Assembly (NCBI GenBank): GCA_051294375.1
Contig: CM119266.1
Coordinates: 20,562,780 to 20,626,779 of the forward strand
Direction of reading: 5' to 3'
Length of the DNA stretch: 64,000 nucleotides
From: Paraspadella gotoi
Lineage: Eukaryota > Animalia > Chaetognatha
A program made the position numbers and the translations under genes. Below, in pieces: positions 54,206-64,000 of this stretch (position 1 is the stretch's first letter; each line of letters starts with the position of its first letter). The notes beneath the pieces are model-generated. The model made no database searches. It saw only the letters and a program-made list of their open reading frames with translations, and was not told the origin of the DNA.

Positions 54206-54751
54206 GACGTCGAGCGAAATAATAAGATGAGATTTAAGAAGAACAACAAACAAAGTCGAAAAAAAAAATAGGAAAACCAAAAAAAATTTAAAAATATCAG
54301 TGAAACTGTGAATGAAGAGAAATGAAGGATCGAGAGCATGAGAATGAACTGAGTGGATCACGACATACGTATATATCAAGAGAGGAAACATGCATCAATT
54401 TTATAAAAAAGATGATGACGAATATTATATTGGTAAACCAATATATAAAAAAAATATCCATTCATTAATTAATAAGCTATCTTGCCCCTGACTTTGACAG
54501 GTTTGGTGGTTTAAGGCCTCCATCACTCTTACAATAACCGACATAGCAGGTCCCTGCAAGATTTCAAATTAAAACTCTCTCACAGTCCGTTTATTCACTC
54601 TCAAGTAACTGGCTTCCTATCTATGAAGTGTGTAAGTTCAAAGAATGTTTCAATTGTATAAAAAGGACCAATCCTTGAGATGAGGTCGAGAACGAATGAA
54701 ATGAGGATGAAGAGCGAATAAGAGAGGATGACGGACGAGCGAAAAGAGATC

Positions 54752-54808
<57 letters not shown>

Positions 54809-54847
54809 GGGAAGGAGAGAGANNNNNNNNNNNNNNNNNNNNNNNNN

Positions 54848-54880
<33 letters not shown>

Positions 54881-55334
54881 GACGGGAAAAGAACGTGAGA
54901 GTCACGTGACGAGGAAAACAAAAAGTAATTAGGCCTTTCACACAATTATTTTAATAGGCGCGAGCGTAGAGCCTCATTTGCATACGAGGATACGAGACTC
55001 GGGAGAAACAAAAACACCGGCAGACGATGGAGGAGGCGGAGGCGGAGAAGGAGGAGGAGGAAGAGGAGGAGGAGGAGAATATCTGGGAGGGGCAACCTTA
55101 TCGGAAGTCTTCATTCTCTGTGCATAACAAGAAGCGGAAGTCTGAAGAAAACTTCACCCGAATTTGACAAATGAAAGGAAATACTTTTGATTTGCTCCAG
55201 TGGATGAATAAGTATGAAAAGGAGCTAAATTTTTTCGCATTGGTCGCCAAAGGTGCAAACGTATTTGCTCCTTAGTATTTTCTCTCATAACTAGAATGAT
55301 AATTTTCTAGCAATAAGGAATACAAAAAAGTTTT

Positions 55335-55558
55335 GGCCCTCTTGTCTGAAAGTGACCTATCTAAAATTAAACTTAAAATCAGAATTAAGTTTGTTTTTAA
55401 GTTTAGGATGAGGGTTAGAAATACGGAGAGATAAGCGGATATGAATACAATGATAAGGGTTAGGAATTTTTTTAAAAAGATTATAGCAAGATATTAGGAT
55501 TAAAATTAAGTTTAAGGAATAGGAATCTAAATAGGGTGCCCTCGGAAAATAGTGTACC
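55335..55558. mobile_element. TTAGGG-containing MITE-like element, divergent copy E
   Basis: Left end GGCCCTCTTGTCTGAAAGTGACC approximates the reverse complement of the copy F right end. Right end AAATAGGGTGCCCTCGGAAAATAG. Internal GGGTTAG/TTAGGA repeats. Confidence 0.45.
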
Positions 55559-56772
55559 TCAATTTTAAACGCATCGAGGAGGCGAATAACGAAACCGGAC
55601 CGTCAGATGGCGGTAAGGGGTTTCCTAGAAAGTCTGCTCCCGAACCGAAAGACGAAAGATGAGAATAACACGAGAAAGACGCGTCAACAAAAACAATCAG
55701 ACGAAGAAACAAACAAAGACTCTGGAAACTGGAAAGTCGCAGAGAGAATTTCCTCTTTGAAAATGGAAGGAGAAAAAAAAATTAATTTAAGGAAGATTAA
55801 GTGAGAAAAACTTTGGAGAAATTGATAAGACGAACACCTCAGAACGTACTAATAGTATAAAACTCTTGAATTGTTAATGTTGTAAAGTTATTGAAGTAAA
55901 AATTATTATATAAAATATGCGTGGAGGACCTGAAGAAATATCCTTGGAACTCGTATCCGTATTTTTTTGATTAATGGAAGTTGGTCATCGAGAGAGAGAT
56001 TTGCTTGAAATTTTTTTCCCCTTTTTTTTTGTAAATGTCTCGATAAAATAAAATCGATCGACTTTGCAACGCGTCCGATATCTTATGTAACGAGTATGAA
56101 CGTTTGAGTCTCTATATCCAGTTTTTATCTTTTTTTTCCCCTACTTTTTCAAACATGTCTTCGTTTCTGACTTGTCCTTGTTCTCAGTCTCGTCTCGTCA
56201 TGCTTTGTCATGCTTTGTCCTCGGTCTCATCTCGTCATGCTTTGTCTCAAATCGAGGAGAGAAAAGAAACTCCGGCGCCAGGAAAATATTTTTTACGGCG
56301 ACCACCACTGATGGCCTTTGGCCCGAGTTGGATGGCCTCTGCTATTTATCCTCCATGCAGCCAGCCAGCCTCTTTTTCTTCCTAATGTCGCTTTACTCTT
56401 TCTCTTTCTTGCTTTTCTTCTTCTACTGTAACCTTTCAGTTTTTCCAAACCCTCTTTTACTTCTCAATTTTCATTCTCTCCCCCGGCCCCTCATTTTCCA
56501 CTGGCTATTATTTAATAGTTTCTGCCGAATGTTTCTTTCCAATTCATTCTTAAACATCATTTCATTCGTAATATTTTGCCCTTCGTATATTATATATTTT
56601 CCTTTACAGTCTCTCATCCTGTCTTCTCCCCTTTCTCTCGCCGAGTCGATGCCCTTTTTAACCCAAATCTCAACCAATTTGTTTTTTCGATTAGACGCGA
56701 AAAATCCAGATTTGGCGGGAAAAAAAAGGAAAAGATGAGAAGAAATATGAAAAAAAATAACATTATAAAAAT

Positions 56773-57088
56773 GGGCCTTATTTTCTCAAAACGTTCCATT
56801 TTGTTCTAAACTTGGAATTAAGTGAATTTTTTTAGTTAAGGATTAGGTTAGAGGTTATTGTTATGGTTAAGTTTAGGGACTTGGTTTGTGATTAGGGTTA
56901 AGGATTTGGGTTAAAGACTAGTGTTTAGGGTTAGAGATTATGATTAGACTTTACGGATTAAGGTTTAGGATTAAGGATTAGGGTTAGGGATTGTCTATAA
57001 AAATAAAAATATGTTTAAATTAAATAAAGTTAAAATTAAATTCTGGGATAAGCGAACAAACATGGGTCACTCTCAGAAAAGAGAGCCC
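56773..57088 (-). mobile_element. TTAGGG-containing MITE-like element, copy F
   Basis: Left end GGGCCTTATTTTCTCAAAACGTTCCATTT; right end ATGGGTCACTCTCAGAAAAGAGAGCCC; internal TTAGGG/TTAAGG/TTTGGG repeats at 56830-56990. Confidence 0.8.
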
Positions 57089-57619
57089 CCAAAAAAATGT
57101 CCCGAAAAAAAATTATTGTTCGATCTCGAGAAAGTGAGTAAATAAAAAAAAAATGGGAGAATCGTTTGAGAATAGAAAATAACCTTCGTTCTATTTACCC
57201 CGATTTAATTCTCTCCACTATTTCCCATTATTCCTTCCCACTCACCGCCCACTCCGTCCTCGGCATCCGAACCACTCATTCCCCCTTCTCTCCCACTCTA
57301 TCGATTTGACGGGGATTTGCGTTTTTTGACGCATTTGAAAACAGAGTTTGAAAAATGGCGTCGCGACAACCTGGAGGCCGAAAATGGGGCGTAAGGGGGA
57401 CGGGGAGGTAATGGGGGAGGGCGGGGGGTGGACTCGAATGAGCTGGGGAGGAGGGAGGATAGAGACGGGGACCCCTGGGGAAAGGGGGTCGGGGCGAGGG
57501 GGGGGTGGTTAAGAAAAAAAAGTTTATTCCTGCTCGAAAAATTTTTTTCTCGTTCATCATTTTCGGGCGAAAACTGTCGAATGAAAATAAGTCGGGAATC
57601 TTGAGGGGACGAAGGTGAC

Positions 57620-57760
57620 GTCTGATTGGGACGAAGGGAAGGCGCCTGATTGGTGGAGCTGATTGATTTAGCGAGTTGGATTGGTTGATTGGCGCGGAAT
57701 GATTGGATCTGTAAAAAGTTGGATTGGTGGAGGAGGAGGTTGATTGATTGATTGATTGAC
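57620..57760. promoter_or_regulatory. Cluster of reverse CCAAT (GATTGG) and TGATTGA motifs
   Basis: Six GATTGG plus a (GATT)n run within 140 bp, downstream of a G-rich stretch and an AAAATGGCG motif. Confidence 0.3.
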
Positions 57761-58137
57761 AGAGGTCGATGTGAATAGGTGCGAGAAGACAGATGGAAAG
57801 GTTTCCGAAAGGCTGATAGAACGATGATGCATAACGTCTCGGCTTCAGGGAAAGATAAATTTGAGTTGAGGTGATAAAAGTATCGAGCTATTAAAATTAT
57901 TAACCGGGTAGGTTATATACATATTACATACTTGTTTAGAGCTACTTATTTTTAAAAGAATTCAGTTTCTCTTTCCTGTTCTTTTGTTTTATTTTCTCCC
58001 TTTGAAATGATTTCTAACGGTTTGTAACTTTTTTCGTGAAAAAAAAACCTTTCCTAATTACAGCGATGCTTTCTGTGGTGGTGGCCCGGAACTAGGCAGG
58101 GGGGAACAGGAAAAAACGTTTAATGAGAAACAGAGAT

Positions 58138-58191
<54 letters not shown>

Positions 58192-58358
58192 TGATCGTTT
58201 TTTGAGAGAATTCCGAACGAAAATTTATTCACGATTTCGATCAATTTAAGTTATTCACTATCGACAAATATTCAATTAACGCAAGAAACTCGGAGTAAAG
58301 AAAACCTCTTCGTAAATTGAACTTTATTGAAGGAACAAACAAATTGAGTTTCATCTGA

Positions 58359-58401
<43 letters not shown>

Positions 58402-58909
58402 ATGTCTCGACATTTTTCTATCGCTCCGTCGGATTTTCTTATATTTTTTCGAGTTTTGAAAGCAAAAATCTGGAACAAAGAATTCGAGTCTCTCATTTTC
58501 TGCTCAACGAAAGATCGAAAAAATTCTCCTCTTCGTTGCCCCCCCCTCTTGGCCGCTTTTGGCGCAACTCAATTAACTCCGACACAATCTGGTGCTCCCG
58601 TTCCACTTTCTCCTGAGGTCTCTCCCTCCCCACCCCTGAACTCTTTACACTCCACCTCCCTTTTCCTCGCCGAGACCATCGCCCCCCCCCCACCGCCCCG
58701 CCCCCCTGGCCAAAAACTCCAAAGGTTTAATTTTGTTTATCGAGGCTTCATTCAGTCCAAGATTCTGAATGAAAAGACGGTTTTTTCTTCTTTCTTTTTT
58801 CTTTTTTTTTCTGTTTGAAATAAAATTAGAATGAAAGGATGAGAGAAAAAAATAAAGATTGAAAATAAGAACAAGTGAATCAGAGAGAGAGAAAGAGAGA
58901 GAGAGAGAC

Positions 58910-58951
<42 letters not shown>

Positions 58952-61784
58952 TTCTTCAAAACAAAAAAGCTGAGCTACAAAAAGAACGGATGATTCATTT
59001 CACAGAGATTTTTGCTCCAATGTCTTCCTCGTCAAAATAAAAATCGCAAAAAAAATAAAAACCGAAAATGAATTTGAAGTCAAACAGGAAACAGAAATTC
59101 GAAAATAAATCTTTTTTCGGCCATCAGTTCAAAGACCACAGCATTGTCCTTCTCCTTCTCTCTCTCTCTCTCTCTCTCCATCTCTCTTCTCTCTCTCCTC
59201 TCTCTCTTCTCTCCTTTCCTCTCTCTCTCTCTCGTATCACCCACCAATTTTTCGCTCCTTCCATCTGCTCTCGCTTCGTTCTGCACTCTGCCTTTTGTAT
59301 TATTGCGAAATATTTGCTTCCCTCTCGCAAAATTTCTTTTTTTTTTTATATTGAAGAATAATTGTTTTGGTCCCTAATTTTGGGTCCAGACGGAGGCCAC
59401 ATTTTTCTTTGGCAAATTTTCAAAAGAGGGCGCCGGGTTTTGTCCTCAGACGAAAATGGAATTAAGAGAAAGGGGTCGAATGCAGCTGATTGTGACCTGA
59501 CCTGGCCATTTTTAAAGTACGTTCCGAGTTGGAAAATAATATTTGAATGAGCGATTGTTCCTAATAAAGAACAAATCATTCATACAGGAACTAAAATAAA
59601 GTAATTCATTAGTTTTTGTAAAAATCTTTTTTTTTTGTAGAACTAATGCTCTTATTTTTCTCTTTGGTCTCACAAGGTCGAAACGCAAAACAAAACAAAA
59701 CCCCCCCAAAAAAGAAGAAAACTTCTGGTTTTGATTTCTTTTCATAATTTAATTAAAGAAAATTNNNNNNNNNNNNNNNNNNNNNNNNNNNNNNNNNNNN
59801 NNNNNNNNNNNNNNNNNNNNNNNNNNNNNNNNNNNNNNNNNNNNNNNNNNNNNNNNNNNNNNNNNNNNNNNNNNNNNNNNNNNNNNNNNNNNNNNNNNNN
59901 NNNNNNNNNNNNNNNNNNNNNNNNNNNNNNNNNNNNNNNNNNNNNNNNNNNNNNNNNNNNNNNNNNNNNNNNNNNNNNNNNNNNNNNNNNNNNNNNNNNN
60001 NNNNNNNNNNNNNNNNNNNNNNNNNNNNNNNNNNNNNNNNNNNNNNNNNNNNNNNNNNNNNNNNNNNNNNNNNNNNNNNNNNNNNNNNNNNNNNNNNNNN
60101 NNNNNNNNNNNNNNNNNNNNNNNNNNNNNNNNNNNNNNNNNNNNNNNNNNNNNNNNNNNNNNNNNNNNNNNNNNNNNNNNNNNNNNNNNNNNNNNNNNNN
60201 NNNNNNNNNNNNNNNNNNNNNNNNNNNNNNNNNNNNNNNNNNNNNNNNNNNNNNNNNNNNNNNNNNNNNNNNNNNNNNNNNNNNNNNNNNNNNNNNNNNN
60301 NNNNNNNNNNNNNNNNNNNNNNNNNNNNNNNNNNNNNNNNNNNNNNNNNNNNNNNNNNNNNNNNNNNNNNNNNNNNNNNNNNCTACACAACGAAAAGAAA
60401 GTTTATAACGTAATACCGTTTTATATTTAAAAGGATAAAGAAAAAAGCTATCAAGTGATAAATTGTTCGAATTTTTTGAATAATCAGTGAAATCTTCGAA
60501 GATCGAAATGACGAACGATTTTATGAACGAATGATGAATTAGGTATCATGAATGATGAATGGCAAAGAATTCGGTCCGAATTTCAATGAACANNNNNNNN
60601 NNNNNNNNNNNNNNNNNNNNNNNNNNNNNNNNNNNNNNNNNNNNNNNNNNNNNNNNNNNNNNNNNNNNNNNNNNNNNNNNNNNNNNNNNNNNNNNNNNNN
60701 NNNNNNNNNNNNNNNNNNNNNNNNNNNNNNNNNNNNNNNNNNNNNNNNNNNNNNNNNNNNNNNNNNNNNNNNNNNNNNNNNCAACTTATTTGGTGGGTTG
60801 GGGATGAATCTGCTCGGTTCAGCCCGGTCCGTTGGAAATGAGGGATAGAATTTCTAAAACAGGATTGATGCGCCTTTTTTTTTTCTGCCAAAAGAAAGAC
60901 AAAGATGTAAAACATCCCGGAGCGAAGTTGGGGTTAAATGCCGGAGGGGAGGAGCGGGAGGAGCGGGAGGAGCGGGAGGAGCGGGAGTTTGAGGAGCTGG
61001 AGGCAGTTAAAAGGGGAGCAGTAGAAGGAAAAAGGAGAATGAGTAGACAAGGAAGAGGAGTAAATCCCTGGGCAGAAAAAAAAATGAATCAAAAGAATTC
61101 TTTTACCGCTTCGCTACAGATTAGATTAANNNNNNNNNNNNNNNNNNNNNNNNNNNNNNNNNNNNNNNNNNNNNNNNNNNNNNNNNNNNNNNNNNNNNNN
61201 NNNNNNNNNNNNNNNNNNNNNNNNNNNNNNNNNNNNNNNNNNNNNNNNNNNNNNNNNNNNNNNNNNNNNNNNNNNNNNNNNNNNNNNNNNNNNNNNNNNN
61301 NNNNNNNNTCTCTCTCTCTCTCTCTCTCGTTCACTATTTTGCCAATCGAATACTAGGGATGAGTGAGATGAAAGAATAAAGAAAAAAATGAAAAAAACTT
61401 CATGAGACAATTTTTAAAACCCTTTAGAAAAAAAAAAAAGAATCTTGTTATTCCCTCAACGACGCAACGCGTAAAATCGGGATAAACAAGGATTATTAAG
61501 GAAAACAAAAATTTATCGCTTTTGAGCCAAACAAAACGTGTTTAACAATAAACGATTATCGAGAAAATAAACAGAGAAATTTGCGGAGAAGGTTAGTGGA
61601 ATCTAGTAGAAGAGGAAAATCGCTGGGAATCGTGGATGTCATGTGACTCGTCGAATTCGAGGTTGGAAATACAAAATACTTAAATACTTAAATACTTATG
61701 CATTTACAAGAGGGAGAGAATCAAAGCCCTGAATAAAAAAAATACCAAACCTTTTTATATTTCGATGATCTCCCATTTCTCTAC

Positions 61785-61980
61785 CTTTAAAACCGTTGCT
61801 CTTTTGTCGGTTTTTCTTGCACGGCAAGTGCCTTTAGTTTCTGCGAGTAGCGACATCTTTAGTTACGATTATGTACTAGGGCGACGCAAGAGGCCGACAG
61901 AATGTATTTAAGTACAGACTCCGATACGCGGTGTGTGGCGGGCGCTGATTGGCTCCCGGGCTCGCGGGCCTAAACACGTG
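61785..61980 (-). promoter_or_regulatory. Candidate Pol II promoter and first exon (E-box, CCAAT, TATA-like, Inr-like, ATG, donor)
   Basis: On the minus strand: CACGTG 61980-61975; AGCCAATCAG around 61952-61948; TTAAATA 61911-61905; CTAGT 61879-61875; AAAG-ATG at 61856; 24 codons MSLLAETKGTCRARKTDKRATVLK; then AAG|GTAGAG. Confidence 0.35.
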
Positions 61981-63781
61981 AGTGCCAACGTGGAGCCTTA
62001 TTTCGTCACACCCAGTTCACCACTTGCTTTTTAACGGCTTTTTTAAATGCTATTAAAATTAATCAATAGATATTCGGAGATCTTTAAGTTTCTACTTTTT
62101 TTGTAATCGCTGGCTCTACTGGACCTTGCTGTGAGAGAAGCAACCTTATTGCACTATTTTGGCTTCAGAGGAGTTTTGAAGTTTGTCTGTCATCGCGAGC
62201 AACCGATTTAGAACCAATGGTTAGTCCATCTGATCTCAAGTGTTGGTTTCTGTCAAATGCAGAAATATTGGGGAACGAAAGTCATTCAGTGAAGTGTTTA
62301 AGCGACGCCGTCTGTCTCTGTATGTCTCTTTGTCTGTGTCTCTGTCTGTCTCTATCTCTCCATCTGCCTCAACCATTTTCTTTTTCTATTTTCATTTCTT
62401 CGCTTCTTTCTTGCACGTATTACGCCGCCCAAAAACGCTCTTTGAGAACCGGCCATAAGGGGATAGTTTTTTCAGCACTTATTTTTTAATTACAAAGAGA
62501 GAGAGAGAATGTAAAAGAAAGAGAGAAAGAAAAATAGAGAGAGAGAGACCGCGACTAAATTCCTATCGCTTGCTAAAAAATCAGTCTTGCATTGAATTTT
62601 TAGCCTAAGAATCAGTATAGGGGAAGGAATCTTGTACTACCTTAAAACAGCCTAAAAATTGCGCCTCTAAATGGTCTGAAATCGAGCGGCGTAATATCTC
62701 CTTTCTTTCTTTCTTACTTCCTTTTTGTCCTTTCTTTCTTATTTCATTTTTTCCTTTCTTTCTTATTTCATTTTCCCTCTTTCTTCCTTCTTTTTCTCCC
62801 TCTCTTTTTACTTTCTTCAATGTGACCTCACTTTCGTTTTAATCGCTTTTCCTTTTGCGCCTTCTTATTTCTCGACAGACATCGCGTGTCAAGGATTTTA
62901 TTGGCAGATGACGGCGACCGATGGGAAAACGTTAATTAGCGTTTATACGATTATAAACTTTTCTCCCGGATGTAATAGAAAAATTATTAGAGATGCAGCG
63001 ACCCGCTGCTGCGGCGCCGCGAGCCCTGCAGCTCGTTCCAGCTTTTCCCCGCGTGGAGACCATCACCGACCCTTCCTCATTCCGCCTCCTCTGTGGTCGA
63101 GACGATAAATAAAAATCTTTATCCTCAAATGTAAAACGACATTAAGAACTGAAAGGAAAATCGCCCGTCGNNNNNNNNNNNNNNNNNNNNNNNNNGAGGA
63201 GAAGAAAAAAGGGGCGTGATGGAGAAGAGAGAGAGAGAGAAGGAGAGAGAGAAGAGAGAGAGAGAGAGAGGGAGAGAGAGGAGAGATGAAGAGTGGAAGA
63301 GAATCGAAAAGAGTGAAAGAGAGATGACTCCAAAATATTTTGTTCACTAACCGCCCGTCGATTCAAGGGGACAGTTTTCGAATGGAATCTTTTTCTATGG
63401 AATTTTTTTCTCTCTTTTTTTTTGGGGGGGTGGGAAGGAGAATGTTTTAGACGTCGTGAGGATTGATGGTGGGGGGCGGGGGAGAAGGGGGGCAGACTTC
63501 ACTTTGCCGGTTTCGAGTCTGGCCGCAGATCGCAGCTAAAAAAAAAAACAAAAAAAGCGATGGTTGTGATATAATGAGAAACTTGTTGCTGTTGTTGTTT
63601 TATCTCCGTCGCTTCTGGAACGCGAAAACGATTTCAACGCCGGTTAATGGAAAAAACATGGCGGCGACGGCGCTGCGTGACGGCGCCGCGGCGGCGCGGC
63701 TGCGAGGAGAAGAGGGCGGTGCTTGATTAATAATATATAAAACCAAAACTAAGCTATAAATTCTTTGAATCCTCTACATAC

Positions 63782-64000
63782 TTAACCAAATTTCTTCGCC
63801 TTTTAGGAAGTTTCTACGCTTATCTGTAAAGATGGTTTCGAGATGTCGCTTTCGTTTTAGTTGTTTTGGTTCTACTTTATTGCAAAGGCTGCGTTTTGGC
63901 CCCGCTTTCCTTTCGTTGTAAAACTTGCCGACAGTTGATGTTGTGACTAATGCTGTAGGTTGATCTCTGTCGGATTTCGTGGTAAATGTTGTGACCAATG
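63782..64000 (-). CDS. Candidate coding exon running off the window end, product unknown
   Basis: High-complexity open frame of ~72 codons (LVTTFTTKSDRDQPTALVTTSTVGKFYNERKAGPKRSLCNKVEPKQLKRKRHLETIFTDKRRNFLKGEEIWL). It ends at AA|GTATGT or at the TAG at 63774. No recognised homology. Confidence 0.25.

Larger units (their letters stand above)
49111..54790. other. Tandem duplicate: 49111-51561 and 51562-~54790 (second copy noisy, ending at the 25-N gap 54823-54847)
   Basis: Both copies start GGCGGTCGTGAT(G)CAAGCGCCTTTTAGTCACCA and end GACGAGCGAAAAGAGATCGAGAGAAAG(AG)n. They differ by array copy number and by a 719-bp insertion. Confidence 0.92.

Noticed and set aside
55027-55167. 46-codon ORF MEEAEAEKEEEE...NFTRI
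   Set aside because: Its first third is a (GAG)n microsatellite; it is short and has no homology or splice support.
56830-56990. True telomere or chromosome-fusion site
   Set aside because: The repeats are short, degenerate, internal and bounded by shared element termini.

Overview
Eukaryotic (metazoan-looking) draft scaffold, AT-rich but CpG-undepleted. It is dominated by microsatellites ((GA)n, (GAC)n, (GCC)n, (AAT)n, (AAAG)n, (ATC)n), N-gaps and repeats. Degenerate TTAGGG tracts suggest a non-arthropod animal, but the species cannot be named. Nearly all ORFs in the supplied track are low-complexity artefacts. The only recognisable protein homology is a frameshifted Ty3/Gypsy reverse transcriptase fragment (~6.5-6.9 kb, minus strand). 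Supported repeat structure: (1) a family of short TIR-bounded elements carrying internal telomere-like TTAGGG tracts (about 6 copies); (2) a tRNA-Arg(CCT)-derived SINE nested in one of them, and a second SINE-like head; (3) a 719-bp insertion with a 13-bp target-site duplication that is present in only one of two copies of a duplicated block; (4) an array of ~75-bp conserved units separated by variable GA spacers; (5) several minisatellites. Three local duplications sit next to exact 25-N gaps. They are most likely long-read gap-filling or haplotype artefacts. A candidate promoter (~61.9 kb) and a few phase-compatible candidate exons on the minus strand are tentative. I found no convincing novel multi-gene system; the best leads are the repeat and regulatory architectures listed under findings.
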